Shown piece by piece: positions 12,755 through 23,902 of a stretch of DNA of 39,326 nucleotides (its first letter is position 1; each line of letters begins with the position of its first letter). The stretch covers positions 1 to 39,326 of the forward strand of contig KZ538945.1 in assembly GCA_000934665.2 (NCBI GenBank), read 5' to 3'. The notes under the pieces are model-generated. The model saw only the letters and a list, made by a program, of their open reading frames with translations, was not told where the DNA came from and ran no database searches. The translations under genes were made by a program, and so were the position numbers. The DNA is from Catajapyx aquilonaris (taxonomy: Eukaryota).

Positions 12755-12986
12755 CTTTATAATTGATATTTAAGGAGGTTGGCCCAGCATTGCCTTTCAA
12801 CCTCCAAGGATGGGGAAGGAAGGAAGCGGCTGTGGCCTATTATACGGAAGCGACCCCGGAATTATCCTAGAAAGACCGTGGAAAACCACAGAAAACCACG
12901 GTCAGGGTTGCCGGCCCCTGGATTAGAACCCAGGACACCCCTATTAGCAGTCGGACGCCTTATCCACTATGCCAACCTGCTTCGGT
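12755..12986 (-). mobile_element. Full-length tRNA-derived SINE, tail type A
   Basis: Minus strand: ACCGAAGCAGGT, TGGCATAGTGG (A box), ATAAGGCGTCCGACTGCTAAT, GGTTCTAATCC (B box, 1 mismatch). Central GTGGTTTTCTGTGGTTTTCC...GGCCACAGCCGCTTCCTTCC resembles Lm1/Talua-type arthropod SINE bodies. Tail GGAGGTTG...CAACCTCC TTAAATATCAAT. Confidence 0.9.
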
Positions 12987-13000
12987 AGACACCTCACAGA

Positions 13001-13327
13001 CTTGCGCTCAATAAGCTATGGGGACGTTGAAAACTCAACTTTTTGAAGCTAGTGTAAACTAACCTAACCTACCCTACCTAACCTACCCTACCCTACCCTA
13101 CCCTACCCTACCCTACCCTATCCTAACTAACCTAGGCTGAGAGAAATGGACTTTTGTGAAACCCTGCAAATCGAAATTGTGGGGACATGTCCCCACTATA
13201 ACGGTAACGTTCTGGTGTGTGAAGATGTGGGGACCCAAAATGTCCCCACAAGAGAAATTGTGGGGACATGGTCCCCACAGTTACAGTAAAACACATACTT
13301 CCGGTCCCACAGCTTATTGAAGACAAG
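13001..13327. mobile_element. Non-autonomous element family B with expanded (CCTAA/CCTAC)n
   Basis: Terminal IR CTTGCGCTCAATAAGCTATGGGGAC / GTCCCACAGCTTATTGAAGACAAG. Pentamer array at about 13057-13135 and three GTGGGGAC..GTCCCCAC palindromes. Homologous to 1337-1613. Confidence 0.82.
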
Positions 13328-14238
13328 AACAGGTTATGCTACACAAAAAATAGCGTATCTACTGTATGTAGGCGTTTAAAACGTGAAAAAAACGTCGCGT
13401 TCTTTCTAAAACTTTATGACCTGCCCAAAATTCTAGTCAGTGGCCAGGGGTTAAAAACAAATGGTAGCAAAAACTCTCAAATGAATCCCGCTTACTACCA
13501 TGTGGTGCGAAGATCTTATTTTTAAAACGCATGGCATGGCCTTCATGAGTTCAAATTCCTTTCTTCAGCTTACATGTCACGCCCCCCATCACGCCAACCT
13601 CGACACTTCCTTACGTGATGTCCGTGATTTGACTCATTTGGGTAGTCGATATATATGACACATAAGGTATAAGCCCGCAAAAAAAAACTTGACGTTGTCC
13701 AATATGGTCATTTTTGATCGCATATACGATCGACATGAAGGTTTTATAGCGTGCATTCTATATGAACATGCTTTTTTTTATCTAGCGCATCGTGGTGAAA
13801 ATATGACTCCTTCACCTCAGTACGAGACCTCGGCGGGTTAGGATTTACGACCGGTGAATTATTTTGCGAGGGGCTCCGGCCGTTACATACAGAGTAGTAT
13901 CTGCTAGGGTTAAGTGTCGGAGGTCGGCTTGATATGGGATTATAGCCTAGCAATTTTTGGCGTGTTTTTGCAAAGGGAATGCGACATTTCGGTCTGGTTT
14001 TGGAAAATAGGCTACCAGTTGGTTTTCTTTTTTTTTTTTGAGTTTCGGTGACTTTGACTCTCATGGGGTTATAAGCAGGGTTTTATTGCAATTCTCCTGT
14101 CGCGAACGAAAACATTTCCTGCAGAATCCGATGCAACTGTGGCACTAGTAAGGAGACAGTGACACGCGACTGTACTTAAAAAAAAGGGGGGGTTTTAGGA
14201 TAAATTCAAATTATTTTTCACTGAATTTGCTTTTCTAA

Positions 14239-14723
14239 TGGGGTCCTAGCCTACATTTTGCAAACCCATGTTTAAATGAATTTTGGTGTTTTTTGTTTGA
14301 AGAAATAAATATTAGTTTTCGAGCTAGGATCGATATAAGATCATAATAATTATACGGTATCGTATTGCCATCTGACGTCATTGTTGTCCAAAGATCGGTG
14401 CAGAGGCAGGAATGCACCCAGGTTGCTTTGTTCCTTTGTTTGTTGCCTAACAACGGAATCGAACGACCGCAAGTAAAGCCGCGAGGCAACGCCCTGCTGA
14501 CGTCACTGTTGTCCCCTTGGTTAGGCAGGAGTGGGAATGCGCTTTTTAGGCCACGCCCCCGTTTTTCCCGCCAATTTGCGAGTGACTTTTTAAACCCCCG
14601 ATAATTTATCGAGTAATAACATTTTGGTGCCGAAAAGTGGTGGAATGCATGTTTTATACTGTATGTATGGTTGATCTATTCGTGTACAAATTACCTAAAT
14701 CCCAGGTCAAGGCTAGGACCCTA
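14239..14723. mobile_element. TTAA-target (Kolobok-like) non-autonomous DNA transposon
   Basis: CTAA|TGGGGTCCTAGCCT ... AGGCTAGGACCCTA|TTAA gives a 14-bp TIR with 1 mismatch and a TTAA-like TSD; internal TGACGTCA twice. Superfamily is inferred. Confidence 0.6.
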
Positions 14724-15846
14724 TTAAAGAGTCCTAATCATTTAGACATTTTCTCGCTGTAAGGAACTAATTTTGAAGCATTTACTTTCCAACCGTTTTC
14801 AGTGAGATCGAAAATAATCAGAGGTTTAGTAGAAGCTTTCATTCGTGCTCTGAACTGCAATGGATAGATCCGGGCTTAAGAGGCTGCAAATGGCCCATTT
14901 GACCCATTTCTCCATGTGGTCAATGGTTAAGCACATTTTATTTTGCAGCAGGCTTCTACACTGCATTCCAGCTAACATGTAAGTTATCATTCAGTAATTA
15001 GCAAAATTGCCAGTTAGGCTACATGTCATTTTCACTAAAATTCTCCACGAAGTTTTCTCGCAGAATTTTCAGACGACATATCTTGAAGTGCCACCTCCCG
15101 AGTGATCGATTTGGACAAGTTAGGACAGACAAATTCGCGCGGGAAATACGTCGTCTGACGTTGGACCAACCAACCCAAAATGATTAGGAGGGACCAAAGA
15201 AGACATACCAGTATCCAGTATCGGCGGAAGCGAAAATGGAGGAAGTAAAGCTCAATTGTGTGGCTAACAGGCTTTCCCACGAACCCATTGTCAGCACACC
15301 CCAGCTATTCACCTTCCCTTAGAAGCGATCCGACCGGACTCAAATGTGACACTTGTACGACCAGATCAATAGCGTGCTAATGCTAGCCACATTCATTAAA
15401 TAGCTAGAAGCACGCGGGTTGAGGACAGTCTTGAGAAAGTGTGGCTCGCCTATTCCTTGTAAGGCACTCCCTCGATTCCCTCCCCCACTTTCCTTCCCTC
15501 TACTCCCCAATTCCTCCAAACCTACCTAAACCCAACCAACGCTGACATTCAGCTCTAAGCTCCCCATTGTATCGGCTTTATTTGCTTCGCGGAACCGGAG
15601 CTAGATAAGCTGATGATAGTTACAAATAGATCAGAGCCGAGTTTGGGGGTTCTAACCAAGAGCTGGTTTTGTGGCCGACCGGACCTTATTAATATCCAGG
15701 CTCGGAATTAGTGGCGCAGCTAAGCTCTGCCTGTTTATACGGCCAAGAAGGGGAAATTAATATGCTGGATTATTAGCTTTTCATTCAAAAACGCTGTTGT
15801 GTGAACGGACCTTTGTTGTCGTTAACGGTTATCTTCCAGGACGTGA

Positions 15847-15849
<3 letters not shown>

Positions 15850-15903
<54 letters not shown>
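15850..15903. repeat. (AAT)18 microsatellite
   Basis: Perfect trinucleotide run of 54 bp. Confidence 0.97.
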
Positions 15904-15904
<1 letters not shown>

Positions 15905-16766
15905 GATAGTTGAGGGAGATGGGAGAAGTAAAGTATGTTCCAACAATAACAAACCAAAAAAAAAATGTTGACAAAATTGTGTATCAGCGAATCGTGGTCG
16001 TTGCGTATTATACATGCTGGATTGAGATGTTATTGTTGCCAATAACGAGGTCATCTGGATCATTTGAAATCTGTGTAGGCCTACGGGATAAAAAAGTGCT
16101 CAACTAAACGTATTTGGACGTTACTGCTGCATATGCAATATTGATTTCAGATAGAATGTTTTAATGGTTTTCAATAACATGCCTAGGCCTCTAGGCCCAC
16201 CCCCTAAAACGTCATTAGACCACCCATTTGGCGAAATCCTCTGAGTGAGTCAGCAACGCATGAGAGAGCAAGAAATAAGTCGCCGAAAAAGAGCGGTATT
16301 GTTGTATTTTTCCACAAGTTTTATTTCTGGTAACCGGTCCCGGCGAGATGGTTGGCCCCAAGTTAGTTTTTTTTAAATCCCACGGAAGGATCAGATTATT
16401 TTTATCTACAGCGACTACTTTTGGTTTCGCCTGCTCCAAGAAATAAAAGGCTTAACCTCTCCAACAACCTCTCGTGCATCTCGTTTGCAAACGGCATGCA
16501 AACTTCCGCACCTAACCCTATGGACCACCGACCTCTTAGTCCGCACACAAAGGGGTGAATGACAAAAAGCACCGCGAATATTCTTACTCATTTTTTAAAG
16601 ACTGGTGTCAGGAACCTTATTTCAAACAGACGTAACATCTGCATCTAGAAATACCAGAAGCATCAACAAGTTCACCGGTGATGTCACTGTATACCAAAAA
16701 AAGAAGGTATGGGCATCATCTTTCTGGGGTGTATACCAAAAATGTGCTTGAATGTATGAGACGAAA

Positions 16767-17215
16767 GGACTTTCGTACTAGGAGACAGAATGTGGAAGGG
16801 GTAGGGACACGCTGAACAAACCTACCCCATGACCTAGCCTTCCTTCCCAGCGGATACACGCCTATCCATGGATGGTGCGTAGGGGTCGCGGGGCCCGGGG
16901 CGAAAGTCAGGAGCGGATACCCTTCAATCATTTTCTGATAATATTAACTTGTAAGGGCCCCGCATCATTTTAGCAGTTGGAAACTCTTTTATTTGTTAAG
17001 GTTCTTGCTAATTGACGTCGAAACTACACATTAATTTCATAACAATCGTACCTCTAAAAAAGGTACACATGTTACAAACCCAGCGGGACCCGGGGCTGTC
17101 GCCCCGCCACGCGCCGTCCCTGCGCCTATCATTCAGCGGACTTACGCCTATCCTGCATAAGATACACGCCTAGGAAAGTACTAGATAAAAAGTGCAGGAT
17201 TTCCTATTATGATAG
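16767..17215. mobile_element. MITE family D (GGACTTTCGTA terminus, GGATACACGCCTATC core), interrupted by a hAT MITE
   Basis: After removing 16867-17130 it aligns to the reverse complement of 22045-22169 (GGACTTTCGTA.T.GGAGAC.GAATG...TACCCCATGA.CTA.CCTTCCTTCCC.GCGGATACACGCCTATC.TTCAGCGGA...ACACGCCTAG). The right end is degenerate. Confidence 0.75.
16867..17122. mobile_element. hAT-type MITE with 8-bp TSD CGCCTATC
   Basis: CGCCTATC (16859-16866)|CATGGATGGTGCGTAG ... CCACGCGCCGTCCCTG|CGCCTATC (17123-17130). The TIR is imperfect, mostly by transitions. Confidence 0.85.
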
Positions 17216-17275
17216 CCATAGAATATTCCAAGTGTCACACGGCTACCGTGTGAGACTTGGAATATTCTATGGCTA
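17213..17275. repeat. 63-bp near-perfect hairpin (30-bp arms, 1 mismatch, 3-nt loop)
   Basis: TAGCCATAGAATATTCCAAGTGTCACACGG-CTA-CCGTGTGAGACTTGGAATATTCTATGGCTA. Confidence 0.95.
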
Positions 17276-18141
17276 GAGTATAGCCTCTCCCATGTTTGCT
17301 TAACTGCCAGACTAATTGCTCGGGTCATCACGTGGCCTCCAAAATTCCGGGAGGGTAACCGGCTCCTTTGTTTTCCCAAAGAGTCCATTTGGTGTATTCA
17401 TTAGAAGGAAGGAGTCGGCGTGACCCCGAGACTTAATTTCCATTCCTCCAGTTTCAAATGTCCCGGAGCGTATGTCTTGGGTCTTGGCCCATCCCAAATC
17501 CGCTTTATATTATCTCCTTCTCAGACCACACTCCTCCTTCTGTATAAATGAACACTGCGTTGGGAATGTGACAACTGGCATTGGCTGGGTTCTGGCCTGA
17601 AGGCATCTGAGCTATTCATCATGCTCTACGAAATCACCTTGACTCTAGCCAAATTGGATAAATAAGTGCGAACGGCCATTCATTTGTCCCAAAATATATG
17701 GACGTGTGGGTTAGGTCAGGGTGGCTGCTGTTGGGTGTCATTTTTTATCACTTTTTTGACGATGAAGGTGAAATATGTATCGCCTTGACACCACCCGTTT
17801 TCCGATGTCAGTGTGTTTGCAGGCTTGTCTTTGATATTGGCTTCTTCGCCCCTGTGGAAACTAATTGCCCGTAGCATGCTGCACTCGCCTATAGGATCGC
17901 CCAAAGTTATGCTGGAATATTGAACGGGGTAATTGTGCCTGCAAACTGAAAGTGAGAAGCCTATACTGCACTTAGTGTCTGCAGTTCACCCTCATTTACC
18001 CTTTCTGGGGACGGTACCCAACAGTACACCTGTAGCTGGTGTGATTGGATGGTAAAGGCATTTCTATTTGTTTGTCCGAGCTGATAGTTACATTACCCCT
18101 CACATGAGCTGAGAGTGGCAGTAGTGTACAGAGAGGGAGGA

Positions 18142-18683
18142 TGTGTCATCTATTGAGAAGAGATGGCAAGAGGGGGCCTGCACGCCTGTGGGGAGCTCTT
18201 TGTGAGTTGTGTTGTGTTGTGGCCGGGACGCAGGCTTGTATAATAAACAGTTGCTCCGTACAGGCGCGGATCCAGGGGGGGGGGGGGNNNNNNNNNNNNN
18301 NNNNNNNNNNNNNNNNNNNNNNNNNNNNNNNNNNNNNNNNNNNNNNNNNNNNNNNNNNNNNNNNNNNNNNNNNNNNNNNNNNNNNNNNNNNNNNNNNNNN
18401 NNNNNNNNNNNNNNNNNNNNNNNNNNNNNNNNNNNNNNNNNNNNNNNNNNNNNNNNNNNNNNNNNNNNNNNNNNNNNNNNNNNNNNNNNNNNNNNNNNNN
18501 NNNNNNNNNNNNNNNNNNNNNNNNNNNNNNNNNNNNNNNNNNNNNNNNNNNNNNNNNNNNNNNNNNNNNNNNNNNNNNCCCCCCCCTGAAAACATTTCTG
18601 GATCCGCGCCTGGCTCCGTACCCGTTGTACGTGTATTGGACAACGATCCTGAGTGGCTTTGCTGGGTCAGAGGGATGACCTGA
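18142..18683 (+). mobile_element. Second copy of putative solo LTR, interrupted by a hAT MITE
   Basis: Homology to 9689-9876 on both sides of the 18261-18612 insertion. Confidence 0.55.
18261..18612. mobile_element. hAT-type MITE with perfect 15-bp TIR and 8-bp TSD GCTCCGTA (interior is assembly gap 18288-18578)
   Basis: GCTCCGTA|CAGGCGCGGATCCAG ... CTGGATCCGCGCCTG|GCTCCGTA. The homologous repeat has a single GCTCCGTA at 9821-9828, i.e. the empty site. Confidence 0.93.
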
Positions 18684-21600
18684 GGAGGTCAACGCTCATA
18701 AGTTATAGCAACTACAAGCCTGTTAATGCACGTATACGGTGCATACAGGGCTTGTGGTGGGTGCACCTTCATTCGGTGGGGTACCCGTAGCGAGCAGTAA
18801 CTGTACAGGAGCGCCACCTGGCAGCGTGTGGAGCACCCTCTAGCGGAAGGTGGTGGAAGGTGTGTGGGGACGGGGGCTAAGCAGGGATGTAATCCGAGAG
18901 GTGGCGCACCCAGTGGGGAGAGCGATAACTTCCAGCGGACATGCAAACAAACATCGTTGACAGTATTATGTGAAATATTATTGAGAATGATGATTTTTCA
19001 CCGGAGCGTGACCAGCAAACCATTTTCGAGATTTTTGAGTGCGTCGGTGTCGTTCACGATTGCAAAATAGCGCATACTGTACAAGTACAGGTACCTGGTC
19101 TTCCTCCCAAACAGAAACTTGAAAAAGTCAGCATTGTTCAGTCGGCAGATAACGCAAGTTGGTATCGATCTCAATTTTGGGTAGTTTTATCTAGCCCTTT
19201 TCTTGTGTTGTGTCAGGGGATGCTGCAGACAGGACAATAAGACTTTGTTACAAAGGCGGGAACGGGAAAGGAGTTAAAATGTTGGCATGGGAGCCTGAAA
19301 CGATCGTTTCTGTCTGCAACCAACGTCACAGTCCCAGCAAGTTTAGATAATTGTAAACGAAGATTTATATATAACCATACAGATGAGAGTGACACGTGAC
19401 TAACTTTGTTATGCAAAACGTAGTTCTGGATTTACTCGAAACTTACAACGACCTTGTTAACTCTGCGTAAACCTGCCCAAAACTTGCGGAAAGTGGAGCC
19501 GACAGACTATATCCGCCCAAAAGTCTGGCCTCCTCGGTTTAATTAGCCCGAACATCTTATTACGTATTCAAGAAATAGGATATTTAGGTACTAACTTTGC
19601 CGTAAAATTAATTAGCACGCCCGATAAATCCACCTATTTGACTGGCACCACGTAACCTCCGATAAAAAATTTCAGCCTCAAGTTATCTTTTGAAGTTGCA
19701 CCATTTTTTTTTAAATCAGGAGAACGTTTCATATTCAAAACATACCCCAAAATGAGTCCACCTCGCGACCTGCACACAAACAAATGTCCACAAATTCGGC
19801 TCTTCACGACCCGCTTAATTTGTCACCTGTCATGCTGTACAATACGCGCGGTCCTAGACTTGTCCCATGTAATTAAATCTGGGAGACATTACACTGAGGG
19901 GGTGAGCCAGAGGTGTCCCAAACATTCCCAAAGACCATGAAAAAGTGAGAACTAGTTTCACTGCTGTTTTTGTACAGTATTTTTGTGTGTTTTTTTTGGA
20001 GTGTGGCCCTAGTGGTCTTGCTCCAATATTATACCCTTTAATCCGTGCATGTTACAAGCCATTACTGCATAATTAGGTACCGCACAACCTGGGTCGGATC
20101 AATTTTTAATGGAAAAGCTTGATTTTTGTCTCGAATTTTTTTGCGATACTAAAATTAGCCTAATTTTTAGTTCCAAATTGCGTTTTTTTAGAGGCAGGAA
20201 CTGCGATTGGTGTCAAAGATGAGGGATTTAAGGAACCAAAATAGTTGATCAATGGGCCTCAATCTCTTAAAAGTTGAAGCAATTAGACGTCAGGTTTCTT
20301 TATGCTGGAAAATCTATTAGGTTCTAATAGTGCTTTAATAAAATTGCCACATCTGATGAAGCCAAAATTAGACATGTGTTTTCACACGTTTTGTTGCTTC
20401 ACTGCAAGCCTATTTAAAATTAGACAAATGTGATCATATTATTAAAATTATGATAATGAGATGCACCACACCATATATTAGTATGAAAGACCTGAGTATG
20501 ACAAGCCTTATGATTATTAAAGAGAGGCAACCCTTATTACTGGCTATGTACAAAAGATGTCATCATAATGACAAATAATATGAAACACGAGTTAAAATGC
20601 GGCAGTACTAATACGAAATTATGATCCCTTCAGGTTTGTTTATTAGGCTGACATCACAAGCCTTTACTTAATATTTTAAATGAAAATTATGTAATATTGC
20701 ATATTGTATCATATTTCATAAGGACACAAGTTGCATCACCAACAAAATACAGTTTGAGAAAATCAGTAGATCATGCAACGAGCATGGTAACTAAAGTGGA
20801 ACTATACGCCACCTCTAGTCATCATCTCCCTAATGGCTTCGGAACGTTTTAGCAATAAAAGGCGAAACTGCACCAGCAGCGATGGATTATTCTGGGGGGA
20901 AATCAGACACCACCATATGGCAGATGGGGTTTCAACACCTCCAACACCATCGGTAACAGAAGGTCACTGGCACAACCTTTACCACATTGTATAAAGTTGT
21001 AATTGAGGTTTCGCGATGATTAGTTATTTTGTTAGATAAGCGGTTCAGAGATGTTGCCACTTTGTCGCTTTCGGTATGTTCGCGACCCGCTCTCGCGACC
21101 GTATGCCTCTGTGCCTGGAGGGTAGGGATGACCTTGCACGAACACTGAAGCGCACTTTCAACCCGAAAGGACAGTGGAACTAAACTGTGTCTCTCCTAAC
21201 CGAAATTAAATGCTCCAGGGATGTGAGCCACTCATCTGCGAGGACTTAATAGCAGGATTTAATTCTGTGGACTAATGAATAATAAGCACGTGTAACAGGT
21301 GAATTTGCATTCTTTTGACCTCTCATCATTTTTAATGGGTTTTTAAACGTGCGTTTAGTCTACGAGCGTGAATAAAGAGTATACATAGAGTGCACGCGTG
21401 TCACTATAGTGGATGACGCTCGTTTGTACTGTACAGTAAAGCTCTTCTCGGTGACGCTACATTATCCACCAGCGACATGCTTGCATCCTATCTTCACGCT
21501 AATGTTCGCGCTTGAATAATGCGGTCTTGCATTGTTTCTGACATGGCGGCACATTGTGACCACTTATTCCTTCCAACCATACTGGACTCCAGATGTTACT

Positions 21601-21822
21601 GTAGTGTTATCAACTGTGTGTGACACTATGTGGCACTTGTGGGTCTATCCTTCCCACATTATGTAATTCACTAATTATGATTAATATTCATGACATTTGA
21701 ACTGTACAGTATTTAGCTAATGTAGCACCGAGTGAAATGCGCATTTAGAATGTTTGGCAATTTCCAGATAAACTGAAAAAAATCAGAACTTATAACTACA
21801 GTATTAGGTGTAACCCCCAATA

Positions 21823-22169
21823 TGATTTCGTATCGGGAGGCATATAAGGAAATCGTAGGTGGTCCCCGCAAGCGGTCCTAAACTAAACTAGCCTAGCCTA
21901 ACCTAAACGAACCTAAACGAACCTAACCTAACCTAACCTAACCTAACCTTCCTTCCTTGAGGATACATCCCTATCTTCAGCGGATACACAAACCTATGGG
22001 CCGGTTGCGGAGACCACCTACGATTGCTTATATGCTATCGGGAGACCCCTCACTTTTACCTACTCGTCTAGGCGTGTATCCGCTGAAAGATAGGCGTGTA
22101 TCCGCCGGGAAGGAAGGTTAGATCATGGGGTATGTTGGTGCACCATTCGGTCTCCCAATACGAAAGTCC
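21823..22169. mobile_element. MITE family D copy whose left TIR is split by a Mutator-type MITE
   Basis: Reconstructed left TIR TGATTTCGTATCGGGAGACC pairs with right GGTCTCCCAATACGAAAGTCC. Core is TAGGCGTGTATCCGCTGAAAGATAGGCGTGTATCCGCCGGGAAGGAAGGTTAG. Confidence 0.8.
21840..22035. mobile_element. Mutator-type MITE with 9-bp TSD TATCGGGAG and internal (CCTAA)n
   Basis: TATCGGGAG (21831-21839)|GCATATAAGGAAATCGTAGGTGGTCCCCGCAAGCGGTCC ... GGGCCGGTTGCGGAGACCACCTACGATTGCTTATATGC|TATCGGGAG (22036-22044). G...C termini with a 9-bp TSD fit MULEs. Confidence 0.88.
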
Positions 22170-22866
22170 TTCCTATTTTTCACCTGTCTGTATTTGCAGG
22201 CTGTATTAAGACATAATCTCCAGAATAGCTCTGATGTAATTTTTCATAGCCGTTTTAATAGGATCGTGAGCAGGTCTCTGACGTCATTATGTTGACGCTC
22301 TCACCTCAGGCTTTATCTGGCCTGAGAGTGCCCTAGTTTGATTCAGTGACACGTTCTAATTTGCGCAATTAAATCCGAGATTTTGAGCCACCGTAGCCGT
22401 ACAAAACACCGGGTCCTAATTGTCCGAGGGGGGCTACCAGTGTTTGTGCTCGTAAAAGCCAGCCAATTGCAGGGGGTGGCTCACTTTTGATGGATGAGAA
22501 CATTAATCTACGTAATAGTCAGAGACTAATGAAAGTGTGGGCTCTTGGCAGATGAGCAACCATGGTGTGTGTACAGTACCCGCCGAGAAATATTTCAGTT
22601 TTTGATCACCGCGGTTCTTATAGTCTCGGGGTTTGCAAAGGCTGCAGGGAAAGGGTCAATTAGTGTCACACAATATCTAGCCCCCTCTCTAGTATTCGTG
22701 GCCTGCAAGAGTCAGGATAATATGGCCTAAGCTGGAAAGGAATTATGAATAATCAGTATAAGTGTCGGGATGTAATAACTACTAGAAGCAGTACAGCGCT
22801 ATTTTTTGAAAAATGGAAATAGGCCACTTTACAAGAACATGAGCTCGAGGAATTATTCTACTTTAT

Positions 22867-23067
22867 ATCGTGGGCATACATGAGAAATCCACTAAGTCCA
22901 ATTTAGTAGGGTTTGAGTTATTTATACCAAAGTAGCATTTTTCTGCTCTATTTCCTGGTGAAGTCCATTTATAATAAGCCAGAAATCTAGGATTTTCTGT
23001 CGGTGCCAGTCTTTGCCGTTAATTATTTCCAAACGGATTTAGTGGATTTCTCCTGTATGCTCATGAT
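22867..23067. mobile_element. Inverted-repeat element (MITE-like, ~33-bp TIR)
   Basis: ATCGTGGGCATACATGAGAAATCCACTAAGTCC / GGATTTAGTGGATTTCTCCTGTATGCTCATGAT; no TSD recognised. Confidence 0.65.
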
Positions 23068-23675
23068 TCAAGACTGAAACAGACAGGTCCGATGTGAAGC
23101 ACCGCAATTTTACCACAGCCATTGTTAGTAAGCAGTGACGTGCAATTAGCTACTTGAACGGAAAACATGGATTGCTTAAGAACTTAAATGTTAACCGAAT
23201 GATCCAGTTCCTATAATAGTGACTGTGAAAATTGTGCAGTAGTCGGCATATTTTGGAACTCGTGCTTCAGCTGGGGTTCCCGGAGGAAGTAGTTTTATTT
23301 TCCTCCGTAATTTTGTCCGGTTGAAACTTGTGGGGCATATAATTAAATGTAACGTAATATCATGCGGGCCGGTAATGATCACAACTCTTGTGCTTGTTTC
23401 TAATTTTTTTTTGCGCTCTACAGAACTACTTCCTGCAAACTTTTTCCATGAGAGTCGACTGCAGTTTAGTTCTTACACGACACCGTGAAGTTATTAAGTA
23501 AATGGTCGTTAAGAATAAGTATTGTGTGTTACGGTACGGCATGGTTTCATAATAATTTGGCGCTGAATTATGGCGATCAAGAATAAAACGATATTCTTAA
23601 AAATATTTTACATTTGTGAGCACCATACTGAATATTAATTTTACAAATTCATTACAGCAATATTATATGTTATTA

Positions 23676-23902
23676 CTAGATGCGATACCTGGCGTTGCTC
23701 GGGAAGAAAGGAATGGAAATGAAGCTGTAGAGGAGAGGCCAAGGTTGGCGTTACCCAGGCGGGAGAGGTTGGAGGTGTTGGTGATGGGCCACAGATGGCA
23801 GGCAAATGACGGTTAAGACTCTTAGCAGGGGACCACATCCAGATGGCATTGGTGGGCGGACAGACAGACAGACTCACAAACTTTTTTTATTGATATAGAA
23901 GA
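23676..23902 (-). mobile_element. Non-autonomous Helitron
   Basis: Minus strand begins A|TCTTCTATAT, carries (CTGT)n near the 5' end, and ends with a GC-rich degenerate hairpin CCCGAGCAACGCCAGG followed by CTAG|T. No TSD. Termini are shared with 25720-26033. Confidence 0.85.

Noticed and set aside
15785..16063. ORF with a poly-tyrosine tract
   Set aside because: It is a translation of the (AAT)18 microsatellite.
21876..21950. True telomere or chromosome-fusion scar from (CCTAA)n
   Set aside because: The arrays are short, degenerate and enclosed within TIR-bounded elements.
22545..22730. ORF with a signal-peptide-like hydrophobic stretch
   Set aside because: TTG start, only 61 codons, no clear splice donor after the hydrophobic segment and no recognisable family.
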